64,000 bases of DNA from Mobula hypostoma (Eukaryota), in assembly GCF_963921235.1 (NCBI RefSeq), contig NC_086108.1, forward strand, positions 101,124,001 to 101,188,000. The letters are read 5' to 3'. Of this stretch, positions 47,306-59,740 are shown in pieces. The first letter of the stretch is position 1, and every line of letters starts with the position of its first letter. The position numbers and the translations under genes were made by a program. The notes under the pieces were generated by a model that was not told the origin of the DNA, ran no database searches, and worked only from the letters and a program-made list of their open reading frames with translations.

Positions 47306-50300
47306 TAGAACCATAGAACCATAGAACATTACAGCACAGAAACATGCCTTTTGGCCCTTCTTGGCTGTGCCAAACCATTTTTCTTCCTAGTCTCACTGAC
47401 CTGCACCTGGACCATATCCCTCCATACACCTCTCATCCATGTACCTGTCCAAGTTTTTCTTAAATGTTAAAAGTGAGCCCACATTTTCCACTTCATCTGG
47501 CAGCTCATTCCACATTCTCACCACTCTCTGTGTGAGCAAGCCCCCCCATGTTCCCTTTGAACTTTTCCCCCTTCACCCTTAACCCATATCCTCCGTTTTT
47601 TTTTCTCCCCTCGCCTCAGTGGAAAAAGCCTGCTTGCATTCACTCTATCTATACCCATCATAATTTTATATACCTCTATCAAATCTCCCCTCATTCTTCT
47701 ACACTCCAGGGAATAAAGTCCTAACCTATTCAACCTTTCTCTGTAATTCAGTTTCTCAAGTCCCGGCAACATCCTTGTAAACCTTCTCTGCACTCTTTCA
47801 ACCTTATTAATATCCTTCCTGTAATTTGGTGACTAAAACTGTACACAATACTCCAAATTCGGCCTCACCAATGCCTTATACAACCTTGCCATAACATTCC
47901 AACTCTTATACTCAGTACTTTGATTTATAAAGGCCAATGTACCAAAAGCTCTCTTTACGACTCTATCTACCTGTGACACCACTTTTAGGGAATTTTGTAT
48001 CTGTATTCCCAGATCCCTCTGTTCTACTGCACTCCTCAGTGCCCTACCATTTACCGTGTATGTTCTACCTTGGTTTGTTCCTCCAAAGTGCAATACCTCA
48101 CACCTGTCTGGATTAAACTCCATCTGCCATTTTTCAGCCCATTTTCCCAGCTGGTCCAAATCCCTCTGTAAGCTTTGAAAACCTTCTTCACTGTTCACTA
48201 CACCTCCAATCTTTGTATCATCAACAAATTTGCTGATCCAGTTTACCACATTATCATCCAGATCATTGATATAGATGACAAATAACAATGGACCCAGCAC
48301 TGATCCCTGTGGCACACCACTAGTCACAGGCCTCCACTCGGAGAAGCAATCCTCCACTACCACTTTCTGGTTTCTTCCATTGAGCCAATGTCTAATCCAA
48401 TTTACTACCTCTCCATGTATACCTAGCAACCAAATCTTACTAACTAACCTCCCATGCGGGAGCTTGTCAAAGGCCTTACTGACGTCCATGTAGAACATAG
48501 AACATAGAACATACAGCACATTACAGGCCCTTCGACACACAATGTTGTGCCGACCCTCAAACCCTGCCTCCCGTATAACCCCCCACCTTAAATTCCTCCA
48601 TATACCTGTCTAGTAGTCTTTTAAACTTCACGAGTGTATCTGCCTCCACCACTGACCACGCACCACGCACCAACCACTCTCTGAGTAAAAAAACCTTCCT
48701 CTAATATCCCCCTTGAACTTCCCACCCCTTATCTTAAAGCCATGTCCTCTTGTATTGAGCAGTGGTGCCCTGGGGAAGAGGCGCTGTCTATCCACTCTAT
48801 CTATTCCTCTTATTATTTTGAACACCTCTATCATGTCTCCTCTCATCCTCCTTCTCTCCAAAGAGTAAAGCCCTAGCTCCCTTAATCTCTGATCGTAATG
48901 AATACTCTCTAAACCAGGCAGCATATTGGTACATCTCCTCTGTACCCTTTCCAATGCTTCCACATCCTTCCTATAGTGAGGCGACCAGAACTGGACACAG
49001 TACTCCAAGTGTGGCCTAACCAGAGTTTTATAGACCTGCATCATTACATCGCGACTCTTAAACTCTATCCCTCGACTTATGAAAGCTAACACCCCATAAG
49101 CTTTCTTAACTACCCTATCTACCTGTGAGGCAACTTTCAGGGATCTGTGGACATGTACCCCGAGATCCCTCTGCTCCTCCACATTACCAAGTATCCTGCC
49201 ATTTACTTTGTACTCTGCCTTGGAGTTTGTCCTTCCAAAGTGTACCACCTCACACTTCTCCAGGTTGAACTCCATCTGCCACTTGTCAGCCCACTTCTGC
49301 ATCCTATCAATGTCTCTCTGCAATCTTTGACAATCTTCTACACTATCTACAACACCACCAACCTTTGTGTCATCTGCAAACTTGCCAACCTACCCTTCTA
49401 CCCCCACATCCAGGTCGTTAATAAAAATCACAAAAAGTAGAGGTCCCAGAACAGATCCTTGTGGGGCACCACTAGTCACAATCCTCCAATCTGAATGTAC
49501 TCCCTCCACCACCACCCTCTGCCTTCTGCAGGCAAGCCAATTCTGAATCCACCTGGCCAAACTTCCTTGGATCCCATGCCTTCTAACTTTCTGAATAAGC
49601 CTACCGTGTGGAACCTTGTCAAATGCCTTACTAAAATCCATATAGATCACATCCACTGCACTACCCTCATCTATATGCCTGGTCACCTCCTCAAAGAACT
49701 CTATCAGGCTTGTTAGACACGATCTGCCCTTCACAAAGCCATGCTGACTGTCCCTGATCAGACCATGATTCTCTAAATGCCCATAGATCCTATCTCTAAG
49801 AATCTTTTCCAACAGCTTTCCCACCACAGACGTAAGTTTCACTGGTCTATAATTACCCAGACTATCCCTACTACATTTTTTGAACAACTTCCACTGCCTT
49901 CCCTTCATCCACTTTCCTGGTAACCTCCTCGAAAAACTCTGATAGATTGGTTAAACATGACCTACCACTCACAAAGCCACGTTGACTCTCCCTAATAAGT
50001 CCCTGTCTATCCAAATACTTGTAGATCCTATCTTTTAGTACTCCTTCCAATAATTTACCTACTACCAACGTCAAATTTACTGGCCTTTAATTTCCTGGAT
50101 TACTTTTAGAGCTTTTTTAGATAACGGAACAACATGAGCCACTCTCCAATCCTCCGGCACCTCACCCATAGATACCGACATTTTAAATATATCTGCCAGG
50201 GCCCCTGCAATTTCAACACTAGTCTCTTCAAGGTCCGGGGGAATACCCTGTCATGTCCTGGGAATTTATCTACTCTGATTTGCCTCAAGATAGCAAGCAC

Positions 50301-52720
50301 CTCCTCCTCCTCCTCAATCTGTATATGTTCCATGACCTCACTATTTGTTTGCTTTATTTCCATTGACTCCATGTCAGTTTCCTTAGTAAAGACACAGACA
50401 CAAAAAAACCCATTTACGATCTCCCCCATTTCTTTTGGTTCCATACATAGCCGACCACTCTGATCTTCAAGCGGACCAATTTTATCCCTTACTATCCTTT
50501 TGCTCTTAATATACCTGTAGAAGCTCTTTGGATTATCCTTCACCTTGACTGCCAAAGCAACCTCATGTCTTCTTTTAGCCCTCCTGGTTTCTTTCTTAAG
50601 TATGTTTTTGCACTTTTTATACTCCTCAAGCACCTAATTTGCTCTCTGTTTCCTATACATGTCATACATCCCTCTCTTCTTTATCAGAGTTCCAATATCC
50701 CTTGAGAACCAAGGTTCCTTATATTTATTCACTTTGCCTTTAATCCAGACAGGAACATACAAACTCTGCACTCTCAAATTTCTCCTTTGAAGGCCTCCCA
50801 CTTACCAATCACATCCTTGCTAGAGAACAACCTGTCCCAATCCACACTTTTTAGATCCTTTCTCATTTCTTCAGATTTGGCCTTTTTCCAGTTTAGAACC
50901 TCAACCCAAGGACCAGATCTATCTTTATCCATGATCAAGTTGAAACTGCTGGTTTTATGATCACTGGAACCAAAGTGTTTCCCTACACACACTTCCATCA
51001 CCTGTCCTATCTCATTTCCTAATAGTCATTTAGAAAACTTTCCTGAACACATTTTACAAACTCTAACCCGTCTAGACCTTTAACGGTATGGGAATCCCAA
51101 TCAATATGTGGAAAACTAAAATCCCCTACTATCACAACTTTATGTTTCCTGCAGTTGTCTGCTATCTCTCTGCAGATTTGCTCCATCAATTCTCACTGAC
51201 TATTGGGTGGTCTATAATACAACCCCATTAATGTGGTCATACCTTTCCTGTTTCGCAGCTCCACCCATATGGCCTCAGTAGACAAGGCCTCTAATCTGTC
51301 CTGCCTGAGCACTGCTGTAACATTTTCCCTGACTAGCAATGCCACCACCACCCCCCCACCCGCCACCCTTCATTCCTCTGCCTCTATCACGTCTGAAACA
51401 TCGGAACCCTGGAACATTAAGCTGCCAGTCCTGCCTCTCCTGCAGCCAAGTTTCATTAATGGCTATAATGTCGTAATTCCGTGTGTCAAACCACACCTTC
51501 AGCTCATCAGCCTTCCCCACAATACTCCTTGCATTGAAATAGACACACCTCAGAAGATTATCACCACCACACATAACCCTTCTATTTGTGACTTTGCATG
51601 AACTTTTAACATCATTTATTTTCACCCCCACCCCACTATCTGCTCTGGCACTCTGGTTCCCATCCCCCTGCAAATCTAGTTTAAAGCCTCCCCAATAGCA
51701 CTAACAAACCTCCCTGCAAGGGTATTGGTCCCCTTGTAGTTCAGGTGTAATCGGACTCTCTTGTACAGGTCCCACCTGTCCCAGAAGAGGTCCCACTGAT
51801 CCTGAAATCTGAAACCCTGCCCCCTACACCAGTTCCTCAGCCACGTGTTCATCCGCCAGAGCATCCTGTTCCTACCCTCACTGGCACGTGGCACCTGTAG
51901 CAATCCTGAGATTACCACCCTCGAGGTCCTGCTTTTTAACTTCCTACCAAGCTCTCTATACTCACTCTCCAGGACCTCCTCACTCTTTCTTCCTATGTCA
52001 TTGGTACTGATGTGTACCATGACATCTGGCTGATCACACCCCCACTTCAGAATGCTGTGTATGCGATCAGAGACATCCCTGACCCTGGCACCCAGGGGGC
52101 AACAAACCATCCGGGAGTCTCTGTCACAACTACAGAACCTCCTTTCTGTACCTCTAACTATCGAGTCCCCTATCACTACCACTATCCTCTTCTTCCACCC
52201 TCCCTTCTGCACTGCAGAACCAGACTCAGTGCCAGAGATCTGGCTGCCGCAGCTTGTCCCAGGTAAGTCATACCCCCCAACAATATCCAAATCAGTATAC
52301 TTGTTGTTGAGGGGAATGGCCTCAGGGGAACCCTGCTCTGCCTGCCCTTTCCCCTTCCCTCACCTGATGGTAACTCAATTACTTGTGCACTGCTCCTTTG
52401 GCGTAACTACCTCCCTGAAGATACTATCTATAAACACCTCATTCTCCCAAATGATCCGGAGGTCATCCAGCTCCTGCTCCAGTTCCCTAACGCAGTTTGT
52501 TAAGAGCTGCAGCTGGATGCACTTCTTGCAGGTATCATTGTCAGGGACACCAGAGGTCTCCCTGAATTCCCACATCCTACAAGAGGAACATTTCAACAAC
52601 CTGCCTGGCACTCTCTCTACTCTAAACATACAAAACAAAACTTAACGGAACCTACCCTCTCCTCTGCCTGTTCACGCTGAAGCCTGTTGAGCCAAAGCCA
52701 TCTCACTCCGCTCCCGCTCA
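47306..52720 (-). mobile_element. Near full-length CR1 (ORF1 zinc finger + SGNH esterase, ORF2 EN-RT), disrupted
   Basis: CSSCRMWE...CKKC; VIGDSIVRG...GARVRD...TNDIG...LHLN; YFNARSIVGK...ETWL EN; RT split by 48490-49884. Confidence 0.93.
48490..49884 (-). mobile_element. Young CR1 copy nested in a CR1 RT
   Basis: Near-identical to 25808-27200; (TAGAACA)n tail joined at host CCATG|TAGA. Confidence 0.93.
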
Positions 52721-55129
52721 CTTCTCCCATACATTTCCCTGAGAACGACTGCTTCCAATTTATGTTCCCAAGTTTTTGCCTCATAGCATCATATTTCCCC
52801 CACCCCAATTAAATGTTTTCCCAAATTGCCTGCTCCTATTCCTTTCCAGCACTATGGTAAAGGAGATAGAGTTGTGATTACTACCCCCAAAATGCTCTCC
52901 CATCAAGAGATCTGAAACCTGACCAGGTTCATTTCCACATATCAGATCAAGTACAGCTCTCCTCTAGTTGGCTTATCTACATTTTGCATCAGGAAATCTT
53001 CCTGAACATACTTAACAAACTCAACCCCATCTAAACCCCTTGCTCTAAGGAGATGCCAATCAATATTAGGAAAGTTAAAATCACCCATCACAACAACCCT
53101 ATTTTTATTGCATCGCAGTTCGGCAGGACTTTTCACGGTAGTGGCATGTTCCACACATCTGTACACAGTCACAAACTTTCTCAGTTCACATCGCCAGTCA
53201 AGTCCCTCTGCTCGAGCAATCCTAACCCTTTTCATCAGTGATGTATTTTGGCGCTCCACTTCCCCATTTGCCTGAGCCCATATTTGGCATTGTTTTCAGG
53301 TGTTTGATTCTGTTATTCTCACAATATTCCTTGAAATGTTCAGATCTGAACTGAGGTCCATTCTCTGATTTGATAGATATGGGCAGTCCATGTCCAGTGC
53401 AAATGTTCTCTAGACTGTCATCTACTCTCTCTGCAGTTCTAGACGTCAAAATGTCATATTCATAAAATTGGCTGTAGTAATCAACTACTACTAGAGTGGA
53501 ATGGTTTGCTGATATTGGTCCAAGCAAATCAACAGCTACCTCCTGCCAAGGACCACCCGGCAACAGTGTCAGTTTAAGTGGTGCTGGAGGGTTCGGTCTA
53601 GATACTGTTTAACAGCCGTGGCTAGTTTTGTAGTATTTCTCAGCTGCTTTATCCATACCAGGCCACCAAACTTTGGTTCTGAGATGCTGTTTTGTACCAA
53701 CTATTCCCAACTGTCCTACATGACCTAGGGTGAGTGCCCATGTGTGCAAGGCTTTAGGTAACACAATCCATGTCCCTCTGAAGGTAAGATGACCCACTAC
53801 ACAGAGTTCATTTGCAATGGGTGCATATGCCTTACAGTTCTCAAAGTGTCTATTCATGATGGCCTCACGCAGTTTCTGCAGCCCTGGGTCTGTGGCTGAC
53901 GCTCTCTCTACCTTTCGTGTTGTCAGGGCTTTAGATGTAGCACTCATAACTATGAACCTGACAGATTCCTCTGAATCATGCTTGTGTCTCTTTTCGAGCA
54001 GTCTCTCCCACTAGCCTTGACACTGGGTCTGTTTTCCTGGCATGCGTATGACTCTCGAGTCATATGGTTGCAACCTCAAGACCCATCGCTCTGTTTGTGT
54101 GCATGGTTTAGACCTTGGGCTGTAAATCATCTCCAATCGTTTGTGATCTGTGATCAGGTCAAATTTTCTCCCATACAAATAAGGATGAAGTCTCTTACGG
54201 GCCCATACTAGTGCTAATGCTTCTCGCTCTGTTTGTGAGTATTTTTGATCACAGCCTGTGAGACTATGGCTCACATAGCAGATAGGTACCATTTCTTTAT
54301 TTTGTTTTTACATCAGTACTGTCTCCAGTTAGACTGGGCTGGCATCTGCTATTACTTTAGTTGGTGCATCTTTATCAAAATAGGCCAATGTACCTGATCT
54401 TGCTAGTTAATCTTTAAGGGCTTTGAAAACTTGTCTCGGTGGTTCTGACGAAGTTGCAAACTATGGTATGAATCTGCTGCTGTAGCCAATAAGAGCAAGG
54501 AAACTCTTCACTTCTGTGGTGTTCTGTGGTTCACAAGCCTCCATTACTGCTCGCACTCTCTCCTCAGCAGGTCCGATTCCAACATTTCAAGTATAGTTTG
54601 CTGAACAACGCAGCTCTGTTCATACTCTGTAGAATCTCATCTATAGTTGGAATGGGATATCTCTTCCTCACAATTGCTTCAATTACCCTTCTCATGTCTA
54701 GGCACATTCTGATGTCCCTGTTGGGTTTTGGTAAAATTACTACAGGGTTAATTCAAGGAGTTGTACCTTCAACTTTCTCAATACTGTCCATTTTTTTTAG
54801 CTGTTCAAATTTTCTCTCAACCACCTCCCTTAAATTGTAAGGTATGTGCCTGAATGGCTGGGCCATAGGCTTTACCTTTGGATCAATGTACAGACTGATC
54901 TGCTTAGTGTTCTGTTTTCCAATCCTTTCAAACACTTTTGGGTTCTGCAGCTTAAGTGACTCTCTAACATATGTCACTACTAACACATTTTCTCCAATCT
55001 TTAACACACCCAATTTTGTAGCTATTTTTTTTATTTGGGTGTGGTTCACCATTGCCTTTTATGACAATGAACTCTGCCTGGTCTGTTCTGTTTTCAATAA
55101 CAAACAAGAGAACATCTGCACACACTGAA

Positions 55130-57037
55130 AATCCAAGCAATACACACAAAGCTCCGAGCTCCACCCTGCACTAATGACCCCTTCTCTCATCTTCAACCCT
55201 CCTCCTCTTGCTGGACACCTGGCCCTGGTCCTTTGCCTGTTCTGGACCTTTTCATTGCCAACTGCGAATGGAACATCAACCGGCTCCACTTCAACACTTG
55301 TCTCTACAATTCCAACCTCACCCCTTCCGAAAGCTCGGCTCCTCACTCCCTCCGCAGTAATACTAACCTCATCATCAAAGCCGCAGATAAAGTGGGTGCT
55401 GTAGCAGTCTAACGAATTGACCTCTACTTTGCTGAAGCTCAGTGAAAACTCAAATGCCTCCTCTTCCTTACTCCTCGTTCGGTTCCTCCCACTTCTTTCA
55501 AACAAAAGATTTAGCCATGGGCATTTGCATTGGTCCCAGCTATGCCTACCTGTTTGTCAGCTACGTGGAACGGTCTATGTTTCAAGCCTACACTGGTGTC
55601 TGTCCCCCACTTTTCCTACACTACATCGATGACTGAAATGTTGATGCATCCTGCATCCATGCGGAGCTCATCAATTTCATCAACTTTGCCTCCAACCCAA
55701 CCTGCCCACAAATTTACCTGGTGCATTTCCAACACCTCCCTCCCCTTTCTCAATCTCACTGTCTCTATCTCTGGAGACAGCTTACCTACTAATGTATGTT
55801 ATAAACACACGGACTCACAGCTACCTGTACTACACCTCTTCCCACCCTGTTACTTGTAAAAACGTCACTCCCTTCTCTCAATTCCTCTGTCTCAGCCACA
55901 TCTGCTCTCAGGATGAGGCTTTTCATTCCAGAACAACAGAGATGTCCTCCTTCAAAAAAAGTGGCTTTCCTTCCTCCACCATCAATGCTCATCTCAAACG
56001 CATCTCTTCCATTTCACACACATCTGCCCCTACCCCATCCTCCTGCCACCCTACCAGGGATAGGATTTCTCTTGTCCTCACCTACCACCCAAATAGCCTC
56101 TGCATCCAGCACATAATTCTCCATAACTTCCACCATCTCCAGCAGGATCCCACCACCAAGCACATCTTTCCCTCTGCCCCACTTCCTACTTTCCACAGGG
56201 ATCGCTCCCTATACAACTCCCTTGTCCATTTTTCCCTCCCCACTGATCTCCTTCGTAGTACTTACCTTTGCAAGCAGAACAAGTGCTACGCCTGCCCTTA
56301 CATACACCACCTCCCTCACTACCATTCAGGGCCCCAAATAGTCCTTCCCGTGAAGCGACACTTCACCTGTGAGTCTGTTGGGGCCATTTACTGTGTTTGG
56401 TGCTCCTGGTGTGGCCTCCTGTATATCGATGAGGCCCTACGTAGACTGGGAGACCGCTTCGCTGAGCGCCTACGCTATATCCACCAGAAGCAGAGGGGTG
56501 GCCACCCATTTTAATTCCACTTCCCATTCCCAATTGGGCATGTCAGTCACATGGCCTCCTCTACTATCGTGGTGAGGCCAAACTCAGGTTGGAGGAACAA
56601 TACCTTATATTCCATCTGGGTAGCCTCCAACCTGATGGCATGAACATTGATTTCTCAAACTTCCGGTAATGCCCCCACCCTCTCCCCTTCACCATTCCCC
56701 ATCCCCTTTTCCCTCTCTCACCTTATCTCCTTGCCCACCCATTGCCTCCCTCTGGTGCTCCTCCTCCCTTCTCTTTCTTCCACTGCCTCCCGTCCTCTCC
56801 TATCAGACTCCCCTATCTCTAGGCCTGTGTCTCTTTCACCAGCTCTTTACTTCACCCCTCCTCCTTCAGGTTTCACATATTACCTTGTGTTTCTCTCTCC
56901 CCCTCCCCCCACCTTTTAAATCTACTCATCCTCTTTTTTTCCAGTCCTGCCGAAGGGGTCTTGGCCCGAAACATCGTCTGTACTTCTTTCCATCGATGCT
57001 GCCTGGCTCCCTGAGGTCCTCCAGCATTGTGTGTGTA
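55130..57037 (+). mobile_element. Penelope-like element (older, internally deleted) inserted in the Gypsy pol
   Basis: FLHYIDD, SQFLCLSHICS, GAIYCVWCSWCGLLYI; degenerate hammerhead at 56942-56980 (CUGCCGA...GAAACAUC). Confidence 0.9.
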
Positions 57038-57949
57038 CCGATTTCACATTCAAACACTCCCTTAACCTCCAGTGATGTGCTGGATGAATATGGGTACCAT
57101 TTTCTCTTCTGCTTAGGAATATATGAATGGCACTTTTTTTTAATGGCTTGAGCTTTTCCCACACATTTTCTCTCAGTATATTATTTCTGACTCTTGAATC
57201 TACTGACATACACAGATTTACACCCCCTATGGAAGAAGTAATTTTTTTCAGATGACTCTGTCTCATTAACAACAAATGCAAATTCCTTCTGTTCATCCTC
57301 AACATTGTTAATTTTTGTATCTTAAACCCTTTTGTCTGGTACATTTTTTGCAAAGTGGTCCTTTCCAGTGCATTTTCTGTATGTCTGTCCATGAGCTGGG
57401 CACTTTGGGTCTCTACCCAGGTGATCTGTGTTTCTACAACTGTAGCATTTCCTTTCATTTATATCAGTAGACTTCCTTTTTCCCTCTGTCTTTTTGCCAT
57501 GTGTTGTTTCCTCACGGTGTGAAACATGGTGCACAGTCTTCTGCTGGCTGCCTTGGAGTGACACGGCTGACAATGATTCCTCTACTTGTTCACATTGTCG
57601 CTATTTCCAGTGTGCGGGCAGGTGTTAGGCCCTGCATATTCTCCAGTAGTTTTCTCCGCACGTAGACTGAGTTACATTTTCTCACTATGGCATCCTTGAG
57701 CTGGTTGTCTATGTCAATTAGAAACTTAGTCTTTTGCTGCCTGCCGAAGGCGAGTAGAAAACTGTTGAACCACCTCACTTTGTTTTTGGGCAAGCTGATG
57801 AAAATGCTGACGTAGTGTTGACCTGGGAAATGGAGTAAACATTCAGCGAATCCACCGCAGCCACCTAATCTATGACTTGTCCCGTGTTTTGTAGTGTTGA
57901 GAATATATCCTGCACATCTAGTCCTGCGAGGTGCAAAATGCTGAGGTGA

Positions 57950-58546
57950 TGCTGAGCCTTTATCAGACACTGGTCAGCTGCACTTGGAGTATTGTCAACA
58001 GTTTTGGGCTCCATAATCTCAGAAAGAATGTGTTGTCATTGGAGTAAGTCCAGAGGAGGTTCACGAGGATGATTCTGGGAATGAAGGGGTTGACATTTGA
58101 GAAGCGTTAGGCAGCTCTGGGCCTGTACTCACTGGAATTCAGAAGAATGCGGCGTGGGGGTGGGAGGAGGGATCTCATTGAAACCTACCAAATGTTAAAA
58201 GGACTAGATAAGGTGGGTGTGAAGAGGATGTTTCCTATGGTGGGGGTATCCAGAACTAGAGTAGACAGTCTCAAAATTGAGAGGTAACCTTTTCGAATAG
58301 AGGTAAGGAAGAATTTTTTTTAGCCAGAGAGTAGTGAATCTGTGGAATGTTTTGCCACAGACTGCAGTGGAGACCAAGTCCATTGGAATATTTAAGGTGG
58401 AAATTTATTGTTTCCTCATTGGTCAGGACATCAAAGGATATGTCGAGAAGGCAGCTGTATGGGGTTGAGTGGGATCTGGGATCAGCCATGATGGAATGGC
58501 GGAGCAGACTCGATGGGCTGATTGGCCTAATTCTGCTCTTATGGTA
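57950..58546 (+). mobile_element. CR1 3' fragment inside the Gypsy leader/gag
   Basis: HLEYCQQFWAP...VQRRFTRMI; 3' GATGGGCTGA..GGCCTAATTCTGCT tail. Confidence 0.85.
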
Positions 58547-58591
58547 TTATAGTTTTAAAAATAGTGCTCTTGTTCTTTGCTTTCTATTATC

Positions 58592-58787
58592 TGTTGTGTT
58601 ATCATCCACTATCAGTCCTTTACTGTCGGCATAAAGTTCAAATGATTTGAGCCACCGTGTCCAGCCACCTAGTGTCACTGGTTCCATAAAACATTACGTG
58701 TTGTTCTGTCCCAGACTGATGACATCCTCAGCATACTTAATAAGTATCAAACAACATTAACTGGCCTTACCATTTCAATACATGACA
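58592..58787 (-). repeat. Gypsy 5' LTR
   Basis: Plus strand TGTTGTGT...CCAGACTGATGACATC...CCTTACCATTTCAATACATGACA matches 38444-38654. Confidence 0.85.
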
Positions 58788-59740
58788 ACCACTAGCAAAA
58801 TGATTGCTGAAATCTCCCACCGCAGTTAAGATGGCCAGCACTTGATCGCGAGGTGTTCCAGGTTTGGTAAATAGGACTGAGACAGCACCGCTATGTTTCT
58901 ATACCATGAGGAATTAATCATGAAGCATACTCAACCACTGGCTTTAAAAGACTCAGCAGTCCTATCGTGGCAGAGTTTTTTGAGCCTGCCAATTTGAATC
59001 GCTTCATCCAGAATGGAACAGGTTAACCAAGATTCCATGAAACAAAAGACACAATTCGTCCTAATGTCCCTCTAATACAGCTCCCTAGCTCTGAGATCTT
59101 CAACTTTATTTACCACAGACAGCACAGCCAGCAATATAATCTGTACCGGGAGTGAAAAGCCTCGTTTTTTTAAACACACTTTTAGTCCTGCACAGCAACC
59201 TCTCTCCTCTCTTCCAGTGCTGTCTTAAAGGGGCAGTGCACTGACCAAAGACCAATCTATTTCCATCAGGTTTGAGTAGCGATCGATTATTTAATCATTG
59301 TTACTAACTATACAGACTTTAGATGCACTTGTGGTTCTCAGCGGTAGCAGGCTAAAACAAGAGTACTTGATGGTTTTCATCCTATCCATTGGAGCTGCCA
59401 CCCAAATCGTCCTATTCTCTGGCATGGTGAAAGTAAGTAGGGTTGGAAGAGTACAGAGAAAATTTACAAGGATGTTGCCAGGTCTGGAGGACCTGAGCTA
59501 TATGAAAAGATTGAATAGGTTAGGTCTTTAATCTTTAGAATGTAAAAGGTTGAGGGAGATTTGATAGATGAGTACACATTTAAGTATCATTTATGAATTT
59601 GTAGCTGGGATGAAGCAGGTTAAGACTTTATTCATTAGAGCATAGGGGATTAAGAGTGATCTTGCAGTACTGTATATAATCATGACGGAGACAGCCAGGA
59701 TGAAGGCACGCTGTCTTTTTTTCCTTGTGAATGGGAATAA

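Larger units (their letters stand above)
40968..53115 (-). mobile_element. CR1 copy A (40968-42360, ~46624-47305, ~52721-53115) with nested elements
   Basis: (TAGAACA)n tail at 40968; RT, linker and EN pieces (VVMGDFNFPNIDW) rejoin in order once inserts are removed. Confidence 0.85.
38444..58787 (-). mobile_element. Degenerate two-LTR Gypsy retrotransposon expanded by nested insertions
   Basis: Paired LTRs, TSD ACCAC (38439-38443, 58788-58792), PPT. gag with CYSC...H.....CPA....KC..KDHFA knuckles (~57320-57930), protease/RT (54300-55120, 57040-57260), RNase H YSQTEREALA, integrase PW...AVDLLGP...VVVDYYS...ENGPQF; integrase tail at 40690-40967. Confidence 0.9.

Noticed and set aside
51676..52290. 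SGNH/GDSL esterase ORF as a host or horizontally acquired gene
   Set aside because: It is the standard ORF1 of the surrounding CR1, directly upstream of the EN-RT ORF2.
58547..58591. Primer-binding site for the large Gypsy
   Set aside because: No TGG-initiated tRNA-complementary motif is recognisable next to the 5' LTR.
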